From Acidobacteriota bacterium (GTDB taxonomy: Bacteria > Acidobacteriota > Thermoanaerobaculia > UBA5066 > Gp7-AA6), in contig JAIVJS010000075.1 of assembly GCA_020199905.1 (NCBI GenBank), forward strand, positions 4,521-68,520: DNA of 64,000 nt, in the 5' to 3' direction. The notes beneath the pieces were generated by a model. It did not search any database. It had not been told where the DNA came from and saw only the letters and a list, made by a program, of their open reading frames with translations. The number at the start of each line of letters is the position of its first letter. The stretch's first letter is position 1. Shown piece by piece: positions 8,999 through 17,135 of the stretch. Position numbers and translations under genes: made by a program.

Positions 8999-10033
8999 TC
9001 AGGAGGAGGGATCGGGCACGAGAACGATCTTTCCATGCTGACGACCCTCTTCCAGGCGCTGGTACGCCTCGGCCGCGCGGGAGAACGGAAACACCTGGTC
9101 GAGCCGCGGCGTGAGGCGGCCCGCGGAGACCGCCGAGAGCAGCGCGCGGAACTCGCGGTCGTTCGCCATCGTGGACCCGAGGATGGAGAGCTGCTTCCAG
9201 AAGATCAGGCGGATCTCCTCCTTCGGGTTGGGACCCGACGTCGCTCCGCACGTGACGATCCGCCCGGCCTTCGAAGCCGCCTGAAGCGAGGTCATCCACG
9301 TGGCCTCGCCCACGCAATCGACCACGACGTCGACGCCGCGCTTGCCGGTGCGGGCGCGCACCTCCTTGCCGACGTCGGATTTCTTATAGTCCAGCACGAC
9401 CTCGGCGCCCGAACCCGCGACCTGCCGCATCTTCTCGGCGCCGGACGTCGTCGCCCAGACGCGCCCGCCGCAGAGAAGGGAGATCTCGATGGCGGCGCCG
9501 GCCACGCCCCCGCCCGCCCCGTGGACGAGGACGATCTCGCCGGGGCGGACCGCGGCGCGCGTGACGATCATCCGCCACGCCGTCTGATAGACCAGCGGGA
9601 ACGCCGACGCCTGCTCGAACGAGAGTTTGTCCGGGATCGGGAAGAGGTTGCGCGCGGGAACGACGACTTTTTCGGCGAAAGTGCCGGCGAGATGCTCGCC
9701 CAGGATCCGGTACTTCACGCAGACGCTCTGCTCGCCGGCGCGGCAGAACTCGCAGGCGCCGCAGGAGAGACCCGGCTGGATCAGCACGCGGTCTCCGGGA
9801 TGGAAGCCTTCCACTCCCGGCCCGGCGAGATCGACGGTGCCGGCTCCGTCGGCTCCCGGCACCTGCGGCAGTGGCACATGCGGAATGCCGTTTCGCACGA
9901 AGAGGTCCAGGCGATTCAATGCCGCGGCCCGGATCGCCACCCGAACCTCTCCCGGCCCGGGCTCCGGCTCCTCCCGGTCGCCGTACCGGAGAACCTCGTG
10001 GCCGCCGTGCTGGACGAAATAGACGGCTTTCAT
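8999..10033 (-). CDS. Zn-dependent alcohol dehydrogenase / quinone oxidoreductase (MDR superfamily)
   Basis: 344 aa starting MKAVYFVQHGGHEVL. Catalytic zinc-site-like GLSCGACEFCRAGEQSVC. NAD(P)-binding GxGxxG LVHGAGGGVAGAAIEI. C-terminal GKIVLVP typical of MDR. Confidence 0.85.
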   Translation of the reverse strand: MKAVYFVQHGGHEVLRYGDREEPEPGPGEVRVAIRAAALNRLDLFVRNGIPHVPLPQVPGADGAGTVDLAGPGVEGFHPGDRVLIQPGLSCGACEFCRAGEQSVCVKYRILGEHLAGTFAEKVVVPARNLFPIPDKLSFEQASAFPLVYQTAWRMIVTRAAVRPGEIVLVHGAGGGVAGAAIEISLLCGGRVWATTSGAEKMRQVAGSGAEVVLDYKKSDVGKEVRARTGKRGVDVVVDCVGEATWMTSLQAASKAGRIVTCGATSGPNPKEEIRLIFWKQLSILGSTMANDREFRALLSAVSAGRLTPRLDQVFPFSRAAEAYQRLEEGRQHGKIVLVPDPSS

Positions 10034-10049
10034 GCCGGTATCGTAAGCG

Positions 10050-10162
10050 GGTTGAGCGTTAAGCGTAGGGAAGAAGCGCGGACCTCGGCTCTCCGTATCT
10101 ATTCCTCGTCTTCTTAGAAAACGTTCAACGCTCGACGCTCGACGCTCAATCGACCTCAATTC
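10050..10162. repeat. Heptamer-periodic palindromic intergenic element (GTTGAGC / ACGCTCG units)
   Basis: GGTTGAGCGTTAAGCGTAGGG ... AACGTTCAACGCTCGACGCTCGACGCTCAATCGACCTCAATTCAG. Arms are mutually reverse-complementary with 7-nt phasing. Lies between the ADH start and the phosphatase-family gene stop. Confidence 0.6.
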
Positions 10163-11751
10163 AGATACCCCAGCGCCTTGAGCCTCCTCAGGTACTCCCG
10201 ATCCGTCGTGACGCTCGATCCGGCCGCGGGAGCGATCCTCGCGCCGTAGGTCGCGACGGTCGCTTTCTCGAGCGAGCCCTCCCGGAAGAGGGCCGGAACG
10301 GCGCGGCCCCGCAGATCCTCCGCGGCGGGAATGCCCGCTCGCGCGAGGACGGAGGATGCCACGTCGGCGGCTTCGATGCGCACGAGCGCGGAGGAGCGGC
10401 CGTCGAACACGGTCGCCCGGGCGAGCGACCCCGCCGAAGCGTGGCTGTCTGCCGTCAGCACGACCAGGACGCTCTCTCCCGCGCGGGCGATCCGGATTTC
10501 CGCGGCGAGAAACCGCCCGATGCGCTCGAGCTCGGCGCCGCGGCGCGCCGGGTCGCGCCGCAGGATGTCGGGGCCGGGCAGATAGAGCGCGGCAATCGCC
10601 GCTCCGCGCAGGGCCGGCCAGCGCTCGAGCGCGACCGCGTCCGCCTCCTCGCCGGTCCGGGCGAGAGAAAGAACGTGCCGGTTGTCGACCACGACCGCTC
10701 CGGGCCACGGGCCGGAAGCCCACCAGCCGATCGCTCCCGACGGAAGCCCGGCCGATGCGGCGACTTCCCAGAACGCCAGCGCGCGCCGGTCGGCGGCGGA
10801 CACGGGAGCGCTCGAGACGAGCGACAGCGCGGGGCCGACGACGCGAAGGTACCAGCGGCTCCCGACCGGGGCGCGCAAAGCGGCCGGAGACCCCGCCGGG
10901 CGGACACGCTCGAGAGCGCGCACGCCATGACGAACGGCGTCGACGCCCGTCGCCACGGTCGTCCAGAGCTCCGGAGGAGCGCCCGGCTCCTGACGCCACC
11001 ACCCGGCCGGCGCTCCCTCGAGGAGACCGGCGAGAGCCGGCTCCCCGACCGCCCCGGCGGCCCCTCCCGCCACGCCGTCGATCGCCACGACCACGACGCG
11101 CTCCCGGCGAGGCGCCACGTGGAGACGAGGGGAGACGACGCCTTCCGGGCGCGACGCGAAGACGGCGGCGGCAATGACGAGCCCCGCGGCGGCGATCCCG
11201 AAGAGGGTCCCGTGGCGCCGCGCGCGCGGCAGCACGCCCGAGTGGGCGTAGGCGCGCGCGAGGTAGGCGGCGCGGGCGCTCCGCGCGGCTCCGAGAGCGG
11301 CGACCGCGACCGGAAACCCCCAGAGGAGAGCGGATCCGCGCAGGGCGCGTCCGAGACTCCAGGCGCCTCCGATCCAGAGAAGGAAGACCGCCGCCGCCGC
11401 CAGAAGGCCGCACGCCGCGGCGCCCGGGCCCGCGGCGCGGGACCGGTCCGCGACCGCCGCGCCGGCTGCGGCCGCCAGCGCCGCCGGAAGAAAGAAAGCG
11501 GCCGAGAGGTGCAGCAGCAGCACGAGGGGTCCCGATCCGGACCGGAGAAACTCGGGCTCCGCCGATAGGACGGCCGCCACGCATCCCACCGCGCACGCCG
11601 CCGCCAGGGCGACGGCGACGGGAGCAAGAATCCCTCGCCGCCCCTCGAACACCCGGCTGAAGACGTACCGCTCGACACGGCCGTCCAGGTACCCGAGATC
11701 GCGGAGCTTGTGGCGCGCCTCCTCCAGTTCGAGCGGGTGCCCGCCCGTCAC
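10156..11751 (-). CDS. Alkaline phosphatase/sulfatase-superfamily membrane protein (polytopic N-domain + periplasmic metalloenzyme domain)
   Basis: GTG start overlapping the polyprenyl synthase stop (GTGA). Several N-terminal TM helices (VAVALAAACAVGCVAAVL, LLLHLSAAFFLPAALAAAA, LLAAAAVFLLWIGGAW). Then VVVVAIDGVAGG, typical of the AP-superfamily catalytic start. LGYL motif at both ends (HKLRDLGYLDG, LRRLKALGYLN). Family assignment from general similarity only. The upstream part of the 671-aa ORF is the out-of-frame polyprenyl synthase region. Confidence 0.5.
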   Translation of the reverse strand: MTGGHPLELEEARHKLRDLGYLDGRVERYVFSRVFEGRRGILAPVAVALAAACAVGCVAAVLSAEPEFLRSGSGPLVLLLHLSAAFFLPAALAAAAGAAVADRSRAAGPGAAACGLLAAAAVFLLWIGGAWSLGRALRGSALLWGFPVAVAALGAARSARAAYLARAYAHSGVLPRARRHGTLFGIAAAGLVIAAAVFASRPEGVVSPRLHVAPRRERVVVVAIDGVAGGAAGAVGEPALAGLLEGAPAGWWRQEPGAPPELWTTVATGVDAVRHGVRALERVRPAGSPAALRAPVGSRWYLRVVGPALSLVSSAPVSAADRRALAFWEVAASAGLPSGAIGWWASGPWPGAVVVDNRHVLSLARTGEEADAVALERWPALRGAAIAALYLPGPDILRRDPARRGAELERIGRFLAAEIRIARAGESVLVVLTADSHASAGSLARATVFDGRSSALVRIEAADVASSVLARAGIPAAEDLRGRAVPALFREGSLEKATVATYGARIAPAAGSSVTTDREYLRRLKALGYLN

Positions 11752-12602
11752 GACCGGCGATCCCGCACCACGCGCGCGAGATCCGCGAGCACCGCGGCGC
11801 GGGACCGGAAGGACGACAGCGCGGACACGGCGGCGTCCAGGAGCTCGTCCACCAGGCTGCGGGCGGCGTCCGCTCCGAAGAGAGTGGCGAAGTTGGCCCG
11901 GTGGCCGTCGCGCAGCGTGTCCTTGCCCATGATCTCCGGGCTTCCCTCGAGGTCGAGCAAATCGTCGGTGATCTGAAACGCGAGCCCGAGGTTGCGTGCG
12001 AACACGGTCAGCAGATCGAGGTCCGAGTCGGGAGCCCCGCCGGCGATCGCTCCGCCGCGGACGGCCGCCACGAAGAGGGCGCCGGTCTTGCGCGCGTGGA
12101 TGCTCTCGAGCTCTTCCAGAGTCAGACGGGCCGGATCCGCCGACAGGTCCGCGGCCTGCCCGCCGCAGCACCCGTCGGCTCCGACGGCCTTCGAAAGCTC
12201 GGAGACCAGCCGGGCGCGTCCTCCCGCGGGGACCTCGGGGGCGGACGCGAGGGTTTCGAACGCGCGGCTCAACAGGGCGACCGACGCGAGCTCGGCGGTC
12301 GAGACCCCGTACGTCACGTGGAGGGCGGGCCGGCCGCGGCGCCGCCGGGCGTCGTCCATCGACGGCAGGTCGTCTAAGACGAGAGAGGCCGCGTGAACGA
12401 GCTCGACCGCGACGGCGACCGGCATGACCGCGCGCCGCGGAGCGCGGGCTACCGATCCGGCGGCCAGCGCCACGAGCGGCCGGAGTCTCTTCCCGGGAGA
12501 GAGCGCCGCCTCGAACATCGCGCGCGGGAGCGCCGCACCCGCGGGCGTCCCCTCCGGGACGGCGCGGGCGAGGGCCTCCTCGACAGCCGGCCGCGCCTCC
12601 AC
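11748..12602 (-). CDS. Polyprenyl diphosphate synthase (geranylgeranyl/farnesyl diphosphate synthase family)
   Basis: First and second Asp-rich motifs LVLDDLPSMDD and FQITDDLLD. KxGxLF region HARKTGALF. Length 284 aa. Confidence 0.85.
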   Translation of the reverse strand: MEARPAVEEALARAVPEGTPAGAALPRAMFEAALSPGKRLRPLVALAAGSVARAPRRAVMPVAVAVELVHAASLVLDDLPSMDDARRRRGRPALHVTYGVSTAELASVALLSRAFETLASAPEVPAGGRARLVSELSKAVGADGCCGGQAADLSADPARLTLEELESIHARKTGALFVAAVRGGAIAGGAPDSDLDLLTVFARNLGLAFQITDDLLDLEGSPEIMGKDTLRDGHRANFATLFGADAARSLVDELLDAAVSALSSFRSRAAVLADLARVVRDRRS

Positions 12603-12663
12603 GGCAAAGCGGTCGAAGGCGAATGCGAAGGCGTTCCCGCCTGTCGAGGAGTCGCGCGCCTGC

Positions 12664-13008
12664 TTAACCGGCGAAGCTTCCCACCGCCTCCTCCTCCGAT
12701 TCGTAGACGTCGAACACCGTGATGAGCTGAGTCACCGTGAGAACGTCGTTGATCTTCGGCGGGAGATGCAGGAGCCTCAACTTGCCGCCCTTGTTGGTGA
12801 CGGACGTGTAGCAGCCGACGAGCTCGCCGATCCCGGACGAGTCGATCGTCGTCACATCCTGCATGTTGATGAGGATGTTCTTCTTGCCCTCGTCCACCAG
12901 CTTGTTGATCGTCTCGCGCAGCTGCACGTCGCCCGACCCGATGGTGATCTTGCCTTTGAGGTCGAGGATCTGCACCCCGCCCCGACCCTCTCGCACGCTC
13001 GTTTTCAT
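12664..13008 (-). CDS. STAS-domain anti-sigma-factor antagonist (SpoIIAA/RsbV-like)
   Basis: 114 aa. IDSSGIGELVG with the conserved phosphorylatable Ser region. Overlaps the upstream RsbW-like gene by 4 nt. Confidence 0.8.
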   Translation of the reverse strand: MKTSVREGRGGVQILDLKGKITIGSGDVQLRETINKLVDEGKKNILINMQDVTTIDSSGIGELVGCYTSVTNKGGKLRLLHLPPKINDVLTVTQLITVFDVYESEEEAVGSFAG

Positions 13009-13472
13009 GATCCCTTTTCCTCCTTCTCCTTCCCCCCCGCCAGATTCTTGGTCAGAAACAACTCCATTCCGCCCCCCTCCGCCCTCTGGAAGCGGACTTC
13101 ATCCATGAACGTTTTCATGTAGAAGATGCCGCGTCCAGACGTCTTGAACCGATTTTCGGGCGCCAGCGGGTCCTCGACCTTCTCGGGGTCGAACCCTTCG
13201 CCCTCGTCCCGGACGTGAATCCGCAGGATCCGCGCCGTCACGTCCATCTCGAGGTGGACACGTTTCGCCCGGTCCTGGCCGTTGCCGTGCTTGATCGCGT
13301 TCGCCAGCGCCTCTCGCAGGGCCATCAGAATCCAGTGGCGCGTCTCATCCGAGAGGTTTTCCGGGTCCAGGAGCTTTCCACAGAGGTGCTGAGCCATTTC
13401 GATGTTTTCGAAACGGCTCGACAGAGACATCCGGACCGGGCCGGTCGCGCTGGAGGAGCTTGAAGAACTCAT
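13005..13472 (-). CDS. Anti-sigma regulatory factor, Ser/Thr protein kinase (RsbW/SpoIIAB-like GHKL ATPase)
   Basis: EALANAIKHGN (N-box), DEGEGFD (G1) and GRGIFYMKTFMDEV (G2) motifs. 155 aa. Confidence 0.8.
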   Translation of the reverse strand: MSSSSSSSATGPVRMSLSSRFENIEMAQHLCGKLLDPENLSDETRHWILMALREALANAIKHGNGQDRAKRVHLEMDVTARILRIHVRDEGEGFDPEKVEDPLAPENRFKTSGRGIFYMKTFMDEVRFQRAEGGGMELFLTKNLAGGKEKEEKGS

Positions 13473-13571
13473 TCACTTCGTTCGATAGGGGTTAAAAGCC
13501 CGGCGGATCTTAGCCGAAAGGGTCTGCATAAAGATAGCAGCGGGTCCGAAGGCGCCTGTTACCCTCAGTCC

Positions 13572-14810
13572 ATGAGAATGGAACGGCTGCCGGCGGCCCT
13601 GCTGGCGTGCCTTGCCCTGCTGACGGCCGGCGCGACCGCGCTTCTGCCCGCCCGGGTCGAGGAGGTCGCGCGACAGGTGGAAAGCGTCCGTGGGCGCCGG
13701 TTCGAACGGCAGATCCCCGCGAGCGAGATCGACCCGGTGGAGCTCAAGAAGGTGCTGCGCGCCAAGCTGCTCGAAGGCTTTCCCGCCTCCCCCGAAGACA
13801 CGATGCGCACGATGGTCGCGATCGGATTCTTCGAAGAGACACCGAACCTGGTCGATCGGCTCCTCGATTTCTACGCCAGCCAGGTGATCGCGTTTTACGA
13901 CCCGGAACCGCGGAAGTTTTTTCTCGTGAAGGGGGGCGCGGCGGGCATCCCGGCCCCGGAAGAGCTCTCCTCGGACGCCGGCGAGCGCATGATTTTCGCC
14001 CACGAGCTGACCCACGCGTTGCAGGACGAGTTCATGAAGCTCGACCGCCGCGTGAAGCAGCTGAAGGACAACGGGGACCGCGCTCTCGCTCTCGAGAGCC
14101 TGCTCGAGGGCGAGGCGACGCTCGTCATGGTCCGGGTCGCGCTCTCGCAGCTGCCGGGCGGTCAGAGCTCGGAGGTCGAGGACAGCCTCGCGCCGCTCCT
14201 CTCCGCCGGAACGCTCGAGAGCGCCAACATGCCGAAGGACCTGCCCGACTACTTCGCGCAGCAGCTCTTCTTTCCCTACGTCGAGGGGACCGCCTACGTG
14301 CGCCGTGTCGTGAAGGCCGGGGGCTGGGCGGGGATCGACCGCATGTGGAAGAACCCGCCCGCCACGACGTCCGAGATCCTCCACGAAGGGCCGGCGTTCA
14401 CCCCGGCCGAGGATCTTTTGACCGCGCCCGCGGCCGACCGGCTGGCGCCCGCCGGTTTCCGGACGCTGTACACCGACACGATCGGCGAGTGGGGCGTCCG
14501 CTTCCTCCTCCGGCGGGGACTCGCCGCGGCGCAGGCCGACCCTCTCGCGGCGGGATGGCGGGGAGACCGGATCGCGTTCTACGCCGCCGGCCGGGACATC
14601 GCCTACGTGTGGAAACTGCGGTTCGAATCCCCCGGCGCCGCGGAGCGGTTCGCCAGCGCCTGGACGGCCGCGGCGAAGCTCGGGGGCGCTGTGACCCGCC
14701 GCGGGCCGGATCTGACGATCCTGAAGACGGGGGGCCGGAGCCGGGAAACGGGAAAACGGGAAATGGGAAACGAAGGCCATCAGCGTCAACGGAGCCAGAC
14801 CGGGAACTGA
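13572..14810 (+). CDS. Secreted putative HExxH zinc metallopeptidase (DUF2268-like)
   Basis: Signal peptide MRMERLPAALLACLALLTAGATA. FAHELTHALQDE HExxH motif. The last ~23 aa (RETGKREMGNEGHQRQRSQTGN) are encoded by the heptamer repeat GGGAAAC..AACTGA and may not be native. Confidence 0.55.
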   Translation: MRMERLPAALLACLALLTAGATALLPARVEEVARQVESVRGRRFERQIPASEIDPVELKKVLRAKLLEGFPASPEDTMRTMVAIGFFEETPNLVDRLLDFYASQVIAFYDPEPRKFFLVKGGAAGIPAPEELSSDAGERMIFAHELTHALQDEFMKLDRRVKQLKDNGDRALALESLLEGEATLVMVRVALSQLPGGQSSEVEDSLAPLLSAGTLESANMPKDLPDYFAQQLFFPYVEGTAYVRRVVKAGGWAGIDRMWKNPPATTSEILHEGPAFTPAEDLLTAPAADRLAPAGFRTLYTDTIGEWGVRFLLRRGLAAAQADPLAAGWRGDRIAFYAAGRDIAYVWKLRFESPGAAERFASAWTAAAKLGGAVTRRGPDLTILKTGGRSRETGKREMGNEGHQRQRSQTGN

Positions 14811-14865
14811 AAACTGAGAACTGATGACTGACGACTAACTCCCCATCTGACTCAAACTCATCGGT
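14742..14865. repeat. Heptamer-periodic repeat element (CGGGAAA then AACTGAN units) spanning the ends of two convergent genes
   Basis: CCGGGAAACGGGAAAACGGGAAATGGGAAACG ... GGGAACTGAAAACTGAGAACTGATGACTGACGACTAACTCCCCATCTGACTCAAACTCATC. It supplies the stop codon and C-terminal tail of the HExxH protein and the last codons of the CPBP protease. Confidence 0.55.
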
Positions 14866-15692
14866 ATCAGCACGAACATCTGGATCGCGTCGAACGTGCC
14901 GTGGGCGACGATGCAGGGCAGGACGTTTCCGTAGAGCACGAAGGTCGCGGAGAGCACCGCCGAGATCACCAGGATTCCGACCAGAACCAGAGGCTGCCCG
15001 TACACGCCGTGCGCCGCCGTGAACATGAGCGTCGCCGCGAGCGGCCCGACGCGTGTCTGCAGGAAGGACCGGAAGAAAAGCTCCTCGACCACCATCGCGG
15101 AGCAGACGATGGCGATCCGGATCGCAAGCGGCTGGGAAACGATCCAGCGGATCGTCGGGTTCACGGCGCCCGCGGCCGCGGGTCCGATTCCGCGCTGGCG
15201 CAGCAGGTACCAGACAACCACGACGCTGATCAGCACGACGATCGTGAGAAGCCAGCCCGCCAGGCCGATCCAGAGGCCGGCGCCGAGGTCCGCCGCGGGG
15301 CGCGCGCTCTTCAACCTCAGGAACTCGGAAAGCGAGGTCCGCCGCGAAAGCGAGTAGTACAGGATGAGGAACAGCGTCAGCACGCCGTGCACCGCGAACA
15401 GGGAGACGACGGACAGGTGCTTTGTCTCCGGCCGGCTTCCCGCGAGGCCGCCCGCGAACGGGATGGCGACAGTGAGCAGAAGGACCGAGCCCAGAAGGCC
15501 GACGGCGAGCGCCCGCCGCGAGGGCTCCGTCAGCCCGTCCTGCAGGAGGAGCTCGCGGGAGCGCGCGCGCGCGAACGACACGGCGATGCCCGCGCAGCCG
15601 ATCGCCAGCAGAGCGGCGAAGAGTGAATTGTTCATGTAAGGCCGAGCTCCTCCGCGGGCCGAGGAGGATAGCAGAAAGGAGGGGGCGCTCAA
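14835..15692 (-). CDS. CPBP family intramembrane glutamic endopeptidase (CAAX protease/Abi family)
   Basis: Motif 1 VVEELFFRSFLQ (EExxxR). Motif 2 FTAAHGVYG (FxxxH). Motif 3 IVAHGTFDA (HxxxD). Multiple TM helices. Confidence 0.8.
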   Translation of the reverse strand: MSAPSFLLSSSARGGARPYMNNSLFAALLAIGCAGIAVSFARARSRELLLQDGLTEPSRRALAVGLLGSVLLLTVAIPFAGGLAGSRPETKHLSVVSLFAVHGVLTLFLILYYSLSRRTSLSEFLRLKSARPAADLGAGLWIGLAGWLLTIVVLISVVVVWYLLRQRGIGPAAAGAVNPTIRWIVSQPLAIRIAIVCSAMVVEELFFRSFLQTRVGPLAATLMFTAAHGVYGQPLVLVGILVISAVLSATFVLYGNVLPCIVAHGTFDAIQMFVLIPMSLSQMGS

Positions 15693-15726
15693 CGACCTCG
15701 TCGATCCCCCGGCTTTCGACTAAGTT

Positions 15727-16806
15727 ATGCCGATGAAAACAGCGTTGCTGGCCGCTCTCGCCTCCCTGCTTCCCCTGGCTACGGCATGGGCTCAACCGGA
15801 ACCGGTCCCCGGCGACTTTCACATCCGGAATTTCCGTTTCGCCAGCGGCGAGACGCTGCCGGATCTCGTCCTCCATTACCGGACGATCGGGACGCCCCGG
15901 CGCGACGCTTCCGGGACCGTCCGCAACGCCGTGCTCCTGCTTCACGGGACGACGGGATCCGGGAAGGGGTTCCTGAGCCCCAACTTCGCGGGGACGCTCT
16001 TCGGGCCCGGACAGCTCCTCGATGCTTCGCGGTACTACCTGATCCTTCCGGACGGCATCGGCCACGGTGAGTCGAGCCGCCCGAGCCAGGGTCTCCACGC
16101 CCGCTTCCCGCGCTACACGTACGACGACATGGTGGCCGCCCAGCACGCCCTCGTGACCTCCGGGCTCGGGGTCGATCACCTGAGACTCGTCCTCGGGACT
16201 TCCATGGGGGCGATGCACGCCTGGGTCTGGGCGGAAAGGTATCCAGGGTTTGCGGACGGCCTGGTCCCGCTTGCCGCCGTCCCCGCAGCCATCGCCGGGC
16301 GCAACCGCGTGCTCCGCCGGATGATCTCCGAGGACATCCGCGAAGATCCGGAATGGAAGAACGGGGACTACACCTCCCAGCCGCGGGGACTCCGGGCGGC
16401 GGTGCAGATCCTGCTCGTGATGATCTCCGCCCCGGTGCAGTGGCAGACCCTCGCGCCGACGCGCGACGCCGCCGACCGCCTCCTGTCGGACCAGATGGCC
16501 GCGCGGCTCTCGGGCGCGGACGCGAACGATTTTCTCTACGCCTTCGAGGCCTCCCGCGAATACGACCCCTCGCCGGGACTCGAGAAGATCGACTCCCCCG
16601 TCCTCGCGATCAACTTCGCGGACGACACCATCAATCCTCCCGAGCTCGGGCTCATGGAAAAGTTGATGCCGCGAGTCCCCAGGGGGCGATACGTGCTGAT
16701 CCCGATCGGTCGTGAGACGCGCGGCCACGGGACCCACTCCTGGCCGGCGGTGTGGGGCGAGCACCTGAAGAAGTTCCTGGAGGACCTGCCGGATAGGGGG
16801 CGGTAG
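15727..16806 (+). CDS. Secreted alpha/beta-hydrolase, homoserine O-acetyltransferase (MetX)-like fold
   Basis: Signal peptide MPMKTALLAALASLLPLATAWA. MetX-like N-region NAVLLLHGTTGSG. Nucleophile elbow LGTSMGAM (GxSxG). Length 359 aa. Confidence 0.7.
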   Translation: MPMKTALLAALASLLPLATAWAQPEPVPGDFHIRNFRFASGETLPDLVLHYRTIGTPRRDASGTVRNAVLLLHGTTGSGKGFLSPNFAGTLFGPGQLLDASRYYLILPDGIGHGESSRPSQGLHARFPRYTYDDMVAAQHALVTSGLGVDHLRLVLGTSMGAMHAWVWAERYPGFADGLVPLAAVPAAIAGRNRVLRRMISEDIREDPEWKNGDYTSQPRGLRAAVQILLVMISAPVQWQTLAPTRDAADRLLSDQMAARLSGADANDFLYAFEASREYDPSPGLEKIDSPVLAINFADDTINPPELGLMEKLMPRVPRGRYVLIPIGRETRGHGTHSWPAVWGEHLKKFLEDLPDRGR

Positions 16807-17135
16807 GCGTCAGGAGGCAGACGGGAATGGACCACGCCGCATTTTCATCAGCCGAGCGCAGTGCGCCGAAGTCTTGTAAACGTCGCCGTCGCGCGGGGAC
16901 GGACGAAGGAGGGCGCCCGTGAGCGATTCCTCGGTCGGAAAAGCGATCGATCGCGTGCCGGCGAGGAAAAAGTCTCCGGCGCGCGGCGCGCCGGGGCGGC
17001 ATTTGCCCGTTCCCGCGGCTCAACGCTCATCGGGCCTCCACTTCTGGATTCCACGCGGCGCGAGCCCCGAAGTCTGGCGGTCCTCCAGCTTCCGGCGCGC
17101 TCGGATAACATCCGCGCTTCCAAACAGGAGGCCGC

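Noticed and set aside
8999-11596. 865-aa minus-strand ORF treated as one gene
   Set aside because: Only the C-terminal 344 aa (MKAVYF... to the stop) form a coherent MDR dehydrogenase. The upstream 520 aa are Arg/Gly-rich junk overlapping the real phosphatase-family gene in another frame.
14742-14865. CRISPR array interpretation of the short tandem repeats
   Set aside because: Units are 7 nt with no intervening unique spacers and no cas genes. Better described as a heptamer-periodic repeat element.
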